From Gaiellaceae bacterium (GTDB taxonomy: Bacteria; Actinomycetota; Thermoleophilia; Gaiellales; Gaiellaceae): a stretch of DNA of 64,000 nucleotides. The position numbers were made by a program, and so were the translations under genes. The stretch is taken from positions 2,278 to 66,277 of the forward strand of contig JBOGZU010000011.1 of the NCBI GenBank assembly GCA_050697455.1, read 5' to 3'. Below are positions 12,572 to 20,678 of the stretch, piece by piece. Within the stretch, counting starts at the first letter, position 1. Each line of letters begins with the position of its first letter. Below the pieces are notes generated by a model that worked only from the letters and a program-made list of their open reading frames with translations, made no database searches and had not been told where the DNA came from.

Positions 12572-13339
12572 ATGAGCACGATCGATGAACGCAGAGAGCG
12601 CGCCGCCGCTGGTGTCGCCCTGCGCGACGAGGAGGCGTGGCGCGACGGGTTCGCCCGGCCGCGCGTCTTCCTCCAGCCGATCGCGGCCCCCTCCGCGCTC
12701 GGCCTCGCGGGCTTCTCGGTGGCGACGATGATGGTCGCCCTGATCCAGGCCGGTTGGCTCGGCCACTGGTCGGATCTCGGCGTGGTCGGGCTCTTCGCGA
12801 TGACCTTCGGCGGTATCGCGCAGTTCGCGGCGGGCATGTGGTCATTCAAGGCGCGCGACGTCGTCGCGACCGTCGCCCACGGTATGTGGGGTGCGTTCTG
12901 GATCGCCTTCGGGCTGCTCCAGATCTTCACCATCGTGGGCAAGATCCCGGCGCCCGTGCCCGGTGCGCCGAGCACCGCGCTCGGGCTCTGGTTCTTCGGG
13001 CTCGCGTACATGACGGGGATCATCGCGCTCGCCGCGATGTTCGAGAACCTGCTCATCGCGGCCGTCCTCTGGACGCTCGCCGTGGGTTCGGGGCTTTCGG
13101 CTGCCGGCTGGTTCCTGACCGGAATCGGCAACGGCTGGCTCGGCGCTGGCGGCGTCCTGTTCGTCATCTCGGCCGGCCTCGCCGCCTACGCGGTGCTGGC
13201 GATGTCGCTGCTCGCGATGACCGGCCGGACGGTCCTGCCATTGGGCCACTACAAGAAGGAAGCGAACAAGCCCGGCGGCAGACCGATGGAGCCCATTCAG
13301 CTCGCCTGGGCGGAGCCTGGGGTCAAAAAGGGCCAGTAG
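12572..13339 (+). CDS. GPR1/FUN34/YaaH (AceTr/SatP) family carboxylate channel
   Basis: The ATG is preceded by GAAGGAG. Six TM helices are predicted. Family-like motifs are present (PSALGLAGFSVATMM, FGGIAQFAAGMWSFKARD, HGMWGAFWIAFG). It is divergent from the FDH operon. A paralogue lies at 34881. Confidence 0.85.
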   Translation: MSTIDERRERAAAGVALRDEEAWRDGFARPRVFLQPIAAPSALGLAGFSVATMMVALIQAGWLGHWSDLGVVGLFAMTFGGIAQFAAGMWSFKARDVVATVAHGMWGAFWIAFGLLQIFTIVGKIPAPVPGAPSTALGLWFFGLAYMTGIIALAAMFENLLIAAVLWTLAVGSGLSAAGWFLTGIGNGWLGAGGVLFVISAGLAAYAVLAMSLLAMTGRTVLPLGHYKKEANKPGGRPMEPIQLAWAEPGVKKGQ

Positions 13340-13366
13340 CAGCACGGCTCGCCTCGCCCGCGAGAA

Positions 13367-13400
13367 GAGGAGCCCCGGAGACGGGGCTCCTCGCCTTTTT
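13367..13400 (+). terminator. rho-independent terminator after the AceTr gene
   Basis: GAGGAGCCCCG-GAGA-CGGGGCTCCTC forms an 11-bp stem and is followed by GCCTTTTTGATT. Confidence 0.75.
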
Positions 13401-13435
13401 GATTCGCGCTGTCGCCTCGCGGGGATACAGCCCGC

Positions 13436-13900
13436 GTGAAGCACGTCGTCGCCTGGGCCGCGTGGTGGCTTGCCCTCTTCTGGCTGTGGATCCTTCTCGT
13501 GGGGCAATGGAACCGGCAGGAGTGGGTTGCCGCAGCCGTCGCCGCGACGATCGCTGCGAGCCTCGCCGAGCTCGCCCGAGCGCGGACGGGCTTCGCGGCC
13601 ACACTGCCGTTGCGCGCGATCGCCGACGTCCCGCAGCTACTCGCGATGGTCGTCGCCGACTTCGGGATCGTCGTCTGGGCGCTGCTCGCGAGCGTCGCGC
13701 AGCGGGAGATGGTGCGCGGCTCGTTCCGCTCCCGCGAGCTCGACCGCCGCGAGGACGCGAAGGGCGTCGGGCCGCGGAGCTGGGTCGCGCTTGCGGCGTC
13801 GTACAGCCCGAACGCGTACGTCGTCGACGTCGAGCCGGATAGCGCCGCCGTCCTCCTCCACGACCTCGTCCCGAACCGCAACTCGGAGAGCCCGGCCTGA
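13436..13900 (+). CDS. mrpE: Na+/H+ antiporter (Mrp/Mnh) subunit E
   Basis: GTG start. There are two N-terminal TM helices (WWLALFWLWILLVGQW...). The tail ...SYSPNAYVVDVEPD..LLHDL is typical of MnhE. Confidence 0.8.
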   Translation: MKHVVAWAAWWLALFWLWILLVGQWNRQEWVAAAVAATIAASLAELARARTGFAATLPLRAIADVPQLLAMVVADFGIVVWALLASVAQREMVRGSFRSRELDRREDAKGVGPRSWVALAASYSPNAYVVDVEPDSAAVLLHDLVPNRNSESPA

Positions 13901-14148
13901 ACGCCTTCCTCGTCGCCGCCACCGTTCTGCTCGCGGCGCTCGCGCCGCTCCTCGTCGTCGCCTCGCTTCGCCGGCCGATCGACGGGCTCGTCGCGCTCGA
14001 GACCGCGGGAGCCGTGGCGGTCATGACGCTTCTCTGCCTCTCGGTCGGGCTCGGCGAGTCGATCCTCTTCACGGTCGCGGTCATCGCGGCGGTGGCGTCA
14101 TGGATCGGCGGGCTCGTCTTCGCGCGCTTCTTCGGCCGCTGGACCTGA
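13897..14148 (+). CDS. mrpF: Mrp/Mnh subunit F (83 aa); apparent CTG start
   Basis: The frame opens only at 13843. No ATG, GTG or TTG occurs before most of the protein. A CTG at 13897 lies 6 nt after GGAGAG and overlaps the mrpE stop. The protein LNAFLVAATVLLAALAPLLVVASLRRPIDGLVALETAGAV... has three TM helices. Too short for the ORF track. Confidence 0.6.
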   Translation: MNAFLVAATVLLAALAPLLVVASLRRPIDGLVALETAGAVAVMTLLCLSVGLGESILFTVAVIAAVASWIGGLVFARFFGRWT

Positions 14149-14447
14149 TGGCCGGCTGGGATCTCGCAGTGGACGTCCTCCTTGGGCTCGGCGTCGCCGG
14201 GGAGCTGCTCTGCGTCGCCGGCGTGCTCGCGATGCGGACGACGTACGACCGGCTGCACTACGCGGCCGCGGCGACGAGCGTGCCGGCCTTCCTCGTCCTC
14301 GCCGCCGTCCTCGTGCGCGAGCACTTCTCCTCCGGCGGTCTCGACGCTATCGCCGCGGTCGTCCTTCTCTTCCTGCTCAATCCCGCGCTGGTGATCGCGA
14401 CGGCGCGCGCGGTCCGCCGGATCGAGGAACCGGAGTCCGAGCTGTGA
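14148..14447 (+). CDS. mrpG: Mrp/Mnh subunit G
   Basis: The ATG overlaps the mrpF stop. The sequence ...LLCVAGVLAMRTTYDRLHYAAAATSVPAFL... contains the MnhG-like R.pd.y.RlH motif. Confidence 0.8.
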   Translation: MAGWDLAVDVLLGLGVAGELLCVAGVLAMRTTYDRLHYAAAATSVPAFLVLAAVLVREHFSSGGLDAIAAVVLLFLLNPALVIATARAVRRIEEPESEL

Positions 14448-14731
14448 CCCTCCTCGCCGGCACCCTCGTGCCGCTGCAGGCTGTCGCCTTCGGCCTGGTC
14501 GCGCTCGGCGCGCCGCTGGTCGTCCTCACCCGTGATCCGCTGCGGCAGGCGCTCGTGAACGGGATCTACGGCGTCTCCCTCGTCTGTCTCTTCGTCGTGC
14601 TCGAGGCGCCCGATCCGGCGCTGTCGATGCTCGTCGTCTCGGCGATCGCGTATCCGCTCGTTATCGTCGCCGCCGTCGCGCGTGTGCGCGCCCACGAGCG
14701 GAGCCGCGAGCAGGAGAAGGAAGAGCCGTGA
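14444..14731 (+). CDS. MbhD/DUF4040-like small membrane subunit (equivalent to the MrpA C-terminal region)
   Basis: GTG start overlapping the mrpG stop. 95 aa with three TM helices. Its position between the G and B subunits matches mbhD. Confidence 0.6.
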   Translation: MTLLAGTLVPLQAVAFGLVALGAPLVVLTRDPLRQALVNGIYGVSLVCLFVVLEAPDPALSMLVVSAIAYPLVIVAAVARVRAHERSREQEKEEP

Positions 14732-15477
14732 GCCGGCGCATCCGTCTGGCGGTGCTCGGGCCCGCGCTCCTCGGCCTCGGCGGCCTCTTCGCCTGGGCGA
14801 TCACGGGGCTGCCGGCCTTCGGGGACTATCGCGGCCCGTACGGCTACCTCCTGAACCGGATCGTCGTCCCGCTCCGCCACACGACGAACGTCGTGATGGG
14901 GACGACGTTCGACGTGCGCGGCGTCGACACGATGGGCGAGGAGTTCATCCTCTACGCCGCCGTCGTCGGCGTGACCCTGCTCCTGCGCGACGAGGCGAAC
15001 GCGGGGCGCGTCGAGCGGCGGACGCGGCGTTTGCGCAGCGACGCCGTGCGGCTCGTCGGCGTCCTCATGGTCGGCGGCGGCCTCCTCGTGGGCCTCTGGC
15101 TCGTCGCCTTCGGCTACATCACGCCGGGCGGCGGCTTCCAGGGAGGAGTCGTGGTCGCCGGTGCGATCCTCGTGCTCTACCTCGTCGGCAGCCACCGCGA
15201 CTTCCACGTCTTCCGCGACGAGCACGGCCTCGACCCGCTCGAGGGGCTCGGCGCGGGCGGCTATGCGATGGTCGGCCTGGCGGCGCTGGCTTCGGGGACG
15301 CCGTTCCTGACAAACCTCTTCGGGCCTGGCACCACCGGCTCGCTGAACTCGGGCGGGAGCATCGCCGTCCTCAACTGGGCGTCTGCGATCGCGGTGGCCG
15401 TGGCGATGCTGCTCCTCTTCGCGGAGTTCCTCGAGACATATGACGTCCCGCTGGCGCCGGAAGACGCGGGCGCGTGA
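14728..15477 (+). CDS. mrpB: Mrp/Mnh subunit B (MbhE/F-like)
   Basis: GTGA overlap with the preceding gene. The MnhB hallmark ...NVVMGTTFDVRGVDTMGEEFILYAAV... is present. It is a polytopic membrane protein. Confidence 0.8.
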   Translation: MSRRIRLAVLGPALLGLGGLFAWAITGLPAFGDYRGPYGYLLNRIVVPLRHTTNVVMGTTFDVRGVDTMGEEFILYAAVVGVTLLLRDEANAGRVERRTRRLRSDAVRLVGVLMVGGGLLVGLWLVAFGYITPGGGFQGGVVVAGAILVLYLVGSHRDFHVFRDEHGLDPLEGLGAGGYAMVGLAALASGTPFLTNLFGPGTTGSLNSGGSIAVLNWASAIAVAVAMLLLFAEFLETYDVPLAPEDAGA

Positions 15478-15818
15478 GCTACCTGCCGTACGCGGTCGCC
15501 GCGTGGATCTGCCTCGTCGGGCTGTTCGGGGTTGCGACGAGCCGGAACCTCATCCATCTGGCGATCTGCCTGACAGTGACGCAGTCGTCGAGCTACGTCC
15601 TCCTCCTGTCGGTCGGCTATGTCAAGCACGGGGGCGCGCCGATCTTCAAAGGCGTGAAGCTCGGCACGCCGGCCGTCGATCCGGTCGTGCAGGCGCTGAC
15701 ACTCACCGACGTCGTCGTCAGCGTCGCCGTGATCGCGCTCATCCTCGCTCTCGCGCTCGACGCGCAGCGCCTCTCTGGCACGGTGGATCCCGACGGCCTC
15801 GCCGACGTCTCGGGATGA
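15474..15818 (+). CDS. mrpC: Mrp/Mnh subunit C (NuoK-like)
   Basis: 114 aa. The sequence is ...LVGLFGVATSRNLIHLAICLTVTQSSSYVLLLSVGY... GTGA overlap with the preceding gene. Confidence 0.85.
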   Translation: MSYLPYAVAAWICLVGLFGVATSRNLIHLAICLTVTQSSSYVLLLSVGYVKHGGAPIFKGVKLGTPAVDPVVQALTLTDVVVSVAVIALILALALDAQRLSGTVDPDGLADVSG

Positions 15819-17626
15819 GCTGGATCCCGCCACTCCTCGTTGCGATCCCGCTGCTCGCCGCCGCCGTGACCGCCGGTCTCGACCACGTCACGCCGAAGCC
15901 GGTGCAGGACGCGATCGTCGTGCTGGCGGCGACCGCGACGACAGCGCTCGCCTTCCTGCTGCTCTGGAGCTCGGAGAGCCACGAGGTCGTCCACTGGTTC
16001 GGCGGCTGGCAGACACGTGGCGGCGTCGCGCTCGGGGTCGACTTCGCCGTCGGGCCGCTCGCGGCGGGCATGTGCGCGGTGATCGGGCTCGTCGTCACGC
16101 TCGCGCTCGTCTATTCGCTCACCTTCACGCGAGACGCGGCGCGGCTGTTCGACGCCCTGATGCTCGTCGCGCTCGCTGCGATGTGCGGCTTCGCGATGTC
16201 GGGCGACCTCTTCAACCTCTTCGTCTGGCTCGAGCTGATGGGAGTCGCCGCCTACGCGCTCACCGGCTTCCAGGTCGAGCGGCTCGGGCCGGTACAGGGC
16301 GCGGTCAACTTCGCGATCACGAACAGCGTCGGCAGCTATCTCCTCGCCATCGGCATCGCGCTTCTCTATGCGCGGACGGGCGCGCTCAATCTCGCCGAGA
16401 TCGGGAGAGCGCTCGCGCACAGCAGCGCCGGCGGGCTCGTGATCGTGGCGATGACGCTCATCCTCTGCGGCTTCCTCGTCAAAGGAGCCGTCGTCCCGTT
16501 CCACCTCTGGGCGGCGGACGCGTACGCGGTCGCGCCGGCACCCGTCTGCGCCGTGCTCGGCGGCGTGATGACCGACATCGGGCTGATCGGCGTGGCGCGG
16601 ATGTACTGGACGGTGTTCGCGGCCTTCGACCACGGCCACGCGGTGGGAGACGTTCTCCTCTGGCTCGGGATCGTGACCGCGGTGCTCGCCGGGACGATGG
16701 CCTTCCTGCAGCGGCACCTGAAGCGGATGCTCGCCTACTCCGTCGTCTGTCACATCGGCATCATGCTCGCCGGGATCGGCCTCCTCGAGACGTCCGGGCT
16801 CGCGGGCACCGAGCTGATGTTCCTCGCGCACGCGCTGCTGACCGCCGGGCTCTTCTTCGTCGCGGGGATCCTCCACTCCGACCATGGCGTGATCGACGAG
16901 CTCCACCTGCGCGGCCTCGCGCGCGGCTGCTGGGTGCCGGCCGCGGCCTGGCTCGTGGGGACGATCGGGCTCATCGGCACGCCGTACGTCGGCGTCTATC
17001 TCGGGCACGGCCTGATCGACGAGGGAGCGACAGCGCTCGGCCGTCCCTGGATCCTGCCGTTGCTCTGGCTCGGCTCGGCGCTGAGCGGTGCGGCGCTGCT
17101 GCGCGCCGGCGCCCGCATCTTCCTCGGCTGGGGCGACGCGGGCGATCCGCTACTGGGCAAGGCGATGGAGGAGGACCCGCTCGAGCGTGACGTCCGGCGG
17201 CCGCTCCTCGTCGTGATCGCGGTCGTCGCCGTCGCGGCCGGCGTGGCGATCAGCGTCGTGCCCGGACTCGGGCAGCGGGCCGAGTACGCCGCCGGCCGCT
17301 TCCATGACCGGAGCGGTTACGTCGCGCAGGTTCTCCACGGTCACGCGATGAAGCCGCCGCCGAGCCTGCCGGTGACGATCCGCCACACCTCCCTCGACTC
17401 GCTCCTCTATGGCGGCGTCGCGACGCTGTTCGCGCTCGGTCTCGCGGCGGTCGGTCTCTACCGGCGGCGCCTGCCCCGACTCGTCGCCGCGGCGGGTGAG
17501 CGGACGCTCGGCCCGCCGGTTCGCGTTCTTCATGCGTTGCACAGCGGCGTCGTCGGCGACTACGTGACCTGGGTCGTGGTCGGAACCGCGGTCACAGGCG
17601 CCGCTTGGGCTCTGCTCCTGCGATGA
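15815..17626 (+). CDS. mrpD: Mrp/Mnh subunit D (NuoL/M/N-type antiporter-like subunit); the only such subunit in the cluster
   Basis: An internal ATG (MSWIPPLLVAIPLLAAAVTAG...) overlaps the mrpC stop. About 603 aa and polytopic. It contains ...LFVWLELMGVAAYALTGF... and VVPFHLWAADAYAVAPAPV. Confidence 0.85.
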   Translation: MSWIPPLLVAIPLLAAAVTAGLDHVTPKPVQDAIVVLAATATTALAFLLLWSSESHEVVHWFGGWQTRGGVALGVDFAVGPLAAGMCAVIGLVVTLALVYSLTFTRDAARLFDALMLVALAAMCGFAMSGDLFNLFVWLELMGVAAYALTGFQVERLGPVQGAVNFAITNSVGSYLLAIGIALLYARTGALNLAEIGRALAHSSAGGLVIVAMTLILCGFLVKGAVVPFHLWAADAYAVAPAPVCAVLGGVMTDIGLIGVARMYWTVFAAFDHGHAVGDVLLWLGIVTAVLAGTMAFLQRHLKRMLAYSVVCHIGIMLAGIGLLETSGLAGTELMFLAHALLTAGLFFVAGILHSDHGVIDELHLRGLARGCWVPAAAWLVGTIGLIGTPYVGVYLGHGLIDEGATALGRPWILPLLWLGSALSGAALLRAGARIFLGWGDAGDPLLGKAMEEDPLERDVRRPLLVVIAVVAVAAGVAISVVPGLGQRAEYAAGRFHDRSGYVAQVLHGHAMKPPPSLPVTIRHTSLDSLLYGGVATLFALGLAAVGLYRRRLPRLVAAAGERTLGPPVRVLHALHSGVVGDYVTWVVVGTAVTGAAWALLLR

Positions 17627-17654
17627 CCGGAGGACCGGCGCTACCTTTGCGCGG

Positions 17655-18017
17655 GTGAGGCCGGAGGAGATCCAGCCCGGCAGGGCGGGCATCGTCGAGC
17701 ACGGCGTTCCCGAGGAAGCCGAGGAGCTTTGGACGGAGGACGGCCATGAGCACGTCGGCTGGTTCTGCGTGCGCACCGATCCGTTCCCGTGCCCGGCGCC
17801 CGACTGCGTGTTCGTCGCCGTCTTCATGACGGCGGCGCACCTCGTGCTCGTCTGGGAGGAGCGCGACGACCCGAATCTCCTTCGCCACGCGCAGCGCGCG
17901 AAGGAGGTAGGCCGCAACCCGCGCATCATTTCGTACGACGTCGACTTCGGCCCGAGCGCCTCGTACTACGCGTGGGAGGCCGCCGGGCGGCCGGTGCACG
18001 GCGTCCGCGGCAAATAA
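17655..18017 (+). CDS. hypothetical Cys-containing protein (120 aa)
   Basis: GTG start 29 nt after mrpD. GC3 is high throughout. It contains WFCVRTDPFPCPAPDC. I recognise no family. Confidence 0.5.
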   Translation: MRPEEIQPGRAGIVEHGVPEEAEELWTEDGHEHVGWFCVRTDPFPCPAPDCVFVAVFMTAAHLVLVWEERDDPNLLRHAQRAKEVGRNPRIISYDVDFGPSASYYAWEAAGRPVHGVRGK

Positions 18018-18023
18018 CCCGCC

Positions 18024-18932
18024 ATGCTCGATCTGAGCCGCTTCGGCGCGGCGCCGCCGTGGTCGCTCGGCGTCGAGGAGGAGCTGATGCTCGTCGACGC
18101 CGAGACGCTCGAGCCCGCGCGCGACGGCTGGTCGCGAGTCTTCGGCCAGGCGACCGACCGGATAAAGCCGGAGCTGTTCGAGTCCTTCGTCGAGATCACC
18201 ACGCGGGTCGTGGAGACGGCGCAGGAAGTGGAGGCAGAGCTGCGTTCGCTGCGGCTCGAGGTTGGAGAGCGCGCGGCGGAGCACGGCCTCGCGTTGCTCG
18301 CGACCGGCTCGCATCCGACGGCGCGCGACCCGGTGCCGATCGTCCCGGTCGAGCGCTATCACCGGCTGAAGGAGCAGCTGGGCACGCAGCTCTACCGGCA
18401 GACGGTCTGCGGGCTGCACGTCCACGTCTCCGTCCCCGATCCCGCTGCCTGCCTCCGCGCCTTCGAGGGCGTTGTGCCGCACTTGCCGGGCCTCCTCGCG
18501 GAGTCCGCAAACTCGCCGTACTGGGACGGCGTTCCGAGCGGCTGGCGGTCGATCCGGGGACAGATCCTCCTCGAGATGCCGACGGGAGGGACACCGCCGC
18601 TCGTGCGCGACTGGGACGACTGGCAGGCGGCGACCCGCGGCGACAGCAAGCGCCGCCACTGGGACGCATGGCCGAGGCCGGAGTACGGCACGCTCGAGCT
18701 GCGCGTCATGGACCAGCCGACGTCGCTGCGGCGGACCGCCGAGCTGGCCGCCGAGGCGCAGCGACTCGTGCGAGAAGCGGCGGAATGGAGCGGCGAGCCG
18801 TTCGATCGCGAGGAGTACGCCGCGCTGCGCCAACGCGCAGCGCACGAAGGCGGCGGTCCGGAGGCCGAGCGCCAGCTCGAGCTCGGGCCGGAGCCGGCCG
18901 TCGCGGAGATCCGCGACCTGACGTTAGGCTGA
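18024..18932 (+). CDS. carboxylate-amine ligase, glutamate-cysteine ligase family 2 (YbdK-like)
   Basis: The motifs SLGVEEELMLVD..., KPELFESFVEITT, LLATGSHP and CGLHVHVSVPD are typical of GCS2. Confidence 0.85.
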   Translation: MLDLSRFGAAPPWSLGVEEELMLVDAETLEPARDGWSRVFGQATDRIKPELFESFVEITTRVVETAQEVEAELRSLRLEVGERAAEHGLALLATGSHPTARDPVPIVPVERYHRLKEQLGTQLYRQTVCGLHVHVSVPDPAACLRAFEGVVPHLPGLLAESANSPYWDGVPSGWRSIRGQILLEMPTGGTPPLVRDWDDWQAATRGDSKRRHWDAWPRPEYGTLELRVMDQPTSLRRTAELAAEAQRLVREAAEWSGEPFDREEYAALRQRAAHEGGGPEAERQLELGPEPAVAEIRDLTLG

Positions 18933-18936
18933 TTCC

Positions 18937-19155
18937 GTGGCCACGCAGACCGAGACGATCCAGGTGGGCGGCGTCCGCTGCGAGAAGTGCGTGATGCGTC
19001 TCGCGCATGCGCTCGAGGGATTCGACGGCCTCGAGGGTGCGAACGCGAACCTCATGGGCCAGGTCTCGCTCGCCTGGGACGACGCGCAGACGAGCCGCGA
19101 GGCGATCGTCGACCGCCTCGCGAAGTCCGGCTTCCCTGAGCTGAACGCCGTCTAG
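18937..19155 (+). CDS. heavy-metal-associated (HMA) domain-like small protein with non-canonical CxxC (GGVRCEKC)
   Basis: 72 aa with a GTG start. The pattern IQVGGVRCEKCVMRLAHALEGFDGLEGANANL... has the beta-alpha-beta-beta-alpha-beta spacing of CopZ-like proteins. Confidence 0.6.
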   Translation: MATQTETIQVGGVRCEKCVMRLAHALEGFDGLEGANANLMGQVSLAWDDAQTSREAIVDRLAKSGFPELNAV

Positions 19156-19307
19156 CCGGTCGCGTCGCGCTCTTCGGCGTCGCGGTCGGTCGGGACGCCG
19201 TGCAATTGCTCGAGCTCGGGATGCGAGTCGAGCGGAGCCTCCTCGCCGTCTTCCAGCGAAGTGGGCTCGCTTTCGGGGTGTTCCTCAGTGTCGGGTTTCT
19301 CTTCCAT
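19152..19307 (-). CDS. possible small acidic protein (51 aa), below the ORF-track cutoff
   Basis: My translation is MEEKPDTEEHPESEPTSLEDGEEAPLDSHPELEQLHGVPTDRDAEERDATG. It is convergent with the HMA gene and overlaps it by 4 nt. GC3 is moderate and there is no clear SD. Confidence 0.25.
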   Translation of the reverse strand: MEEKPDTEEHPESEPTSLEDGEEAPLDSHPELEQLHGVPTDRDAEERDATG

Positions 19308-19457
19308 GGCCCGTGCGTTCCCGGCGCCCGGAATCCGAACCGCGTTTCATCAGCGGCGGCGCTTCATAACGGACTGCCGCCTGCCCGGATAGGCGGTCGT
19401 GGGGATGTCGCTTGAGCTAGGTGACGTTTTGCGCCTTTCGTGTCGTATCTTCAACAG

Positions 19458-20615
19458 ATGAAGCGGGCCATTGCCGTCGTGCTGGTCATGGGAGTTGCGG
19501 TAGTCGGGCTGCTCACAGGGCTACGCGACCACGCACAGGCAGGAGCCGCTGCGACGCGTCCCCCGGGTGCCCGCCTGGTCGACTCGGTCGGCGCGAGCGC
19601 CGGCGTCGTGTGGGCGATCGACCGGCACGGCTTCGTGTGGCTCTCGATGGACAGCGGCCGGACGTGGCGGATCTCCCTTCGGCGCACCTTCACGGTGCGA
19701 GGCCCCGGCGTCTTCAAGGAGCCAGGCCCCGGCGTCGTCGCCAATCTCGACCAGGTCCAGTTCGTCGACAAGCGGCACGGCTGGATCAGCGCCACCCTGG
19801 ACGGCGACCCGAACAGACCCCCTATCGACACCCGTCCGTGGGCGATCGAGCGCACGATGGACGGCGGCCGTAGCTGGCGGGTCTCCTGGCTGCCGGGCTG
19901 CGGCTGCGACCCTGGGGTGCTCAGCTTCTACGACGCCCGCCACGGCTATGTGCTCGCGGCCGATCGATTGGGGCGGGGCAACCCCAGGTTGTTTTGGACA
20001 AACGACGGCGGCGCCAGCTGGCAGCTCGTGGCCCGCCCTCCGCACTTCGGCTCGATCACGTTTATCGACCGGCGGGACGGATTCCTCGGTACGTACCCCG
20101 GCAGCACCATCACCGGACCCGGCGGGGGTGGAGGGAAACGGTGGCCGGGGGTCCTCTACCGCACGACCGACGGCGGCAAGACGTGGTCGAGAGACCGGGT
20201 GCCGCCGCCCTCTTTAGGGCTCCGACTCCCCATCAGCTCGTTCGGTCGTCGTCTCGTGGTAGCGGACGGGATGGGAAACCACCCGAGGGTCTACGCAAGC
20301 GTCGACGGCGGTGCGCACTGGACGGCATTTGCCCCACCGAGACCTGTAGAGGCCCGGGTCGTCGACTTCTCAGCGGGCTCGCCGGAGGCGTGGGCGTTTC
20401 TGGCCCCCGGGAGGCTGTATGTCACACACGACGCCGGGCAAAAGTGGGACAAGATCGTTCCGCGCGGCTTGCCACGGCCCGACGATATCTACCCGCTCGT
20501 CTTCAGCTCGCCCCGCGCGGGCTGGACGTTGATGACCCGCTTCCGCGAGCTCTACCGCACGACGGACGGCGGCCGACACTGGACACCAGTCGTACTCCGG
20601 CGCACGACTCGGTAG
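19458..20615 (+). CDS. secreted BNR/Asp-box repeat beta-propeller protein (Ycf48/sialidase-like)
   Basis: MKRAIAVVLVMGVAVVGLL is a signal or anchor sequence. There are seven SxDxGxTW-type boxes (SMDSGRTW, TMDGGRSW, TNDGGASW, TTDGGKTW, SVDGGAHW, THDAGQKW, TTDGGRHW). The ORF track starts at 19440. Confidence 0.8.
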   Translation: MKRAIAVVLVMGVAVVGLLTGLRDHAQAGAAATRPPGARLVDSVGASAGVVWAIDRHGFVWLSMDSGRTWRISLRRTFTVRGPGVFKEPGPGVVANLDQVQFVDKRHGWISATLDGDPNRPPIDTRPWAIERTMDGGRSWRVSWLPGCGCDPGVLSFYDARHGYVLAADRLGRGNPRLFWTNDGGASWQLVARPPHFGSITFIDRRDGFLGTYPGSTITGPGGGGGKRWPGVLYRTTDGGKTWSRDRVPPPSLGLRLPISSFGRRLVVADGMGNHPRVYASVDGGAHWTAFAPPRPVEARVVDFSAGSPEAWAFLAPGRLYVTHDAGQKWDKIVPRGLPRPDDIYPLVFSSPRAGWTLMTRFRELYRTTDGGRHWTPVVLRRTTR

Positions 20616-20678
20616 GGACGCTCCGGCGGGAGCCCTGGGTCGCATGCGCCAGTGCTCGGGAATGTCACTTGAGGCGGC

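Noticed and set aside
19200-19415. Plus-strand ORF of 71 aa in the HMA/propeller intergenic region.
   Set aside because: Its codon bias is poor and it has no SD. It is antisense to the somewhat more plausible small acidic ORF.
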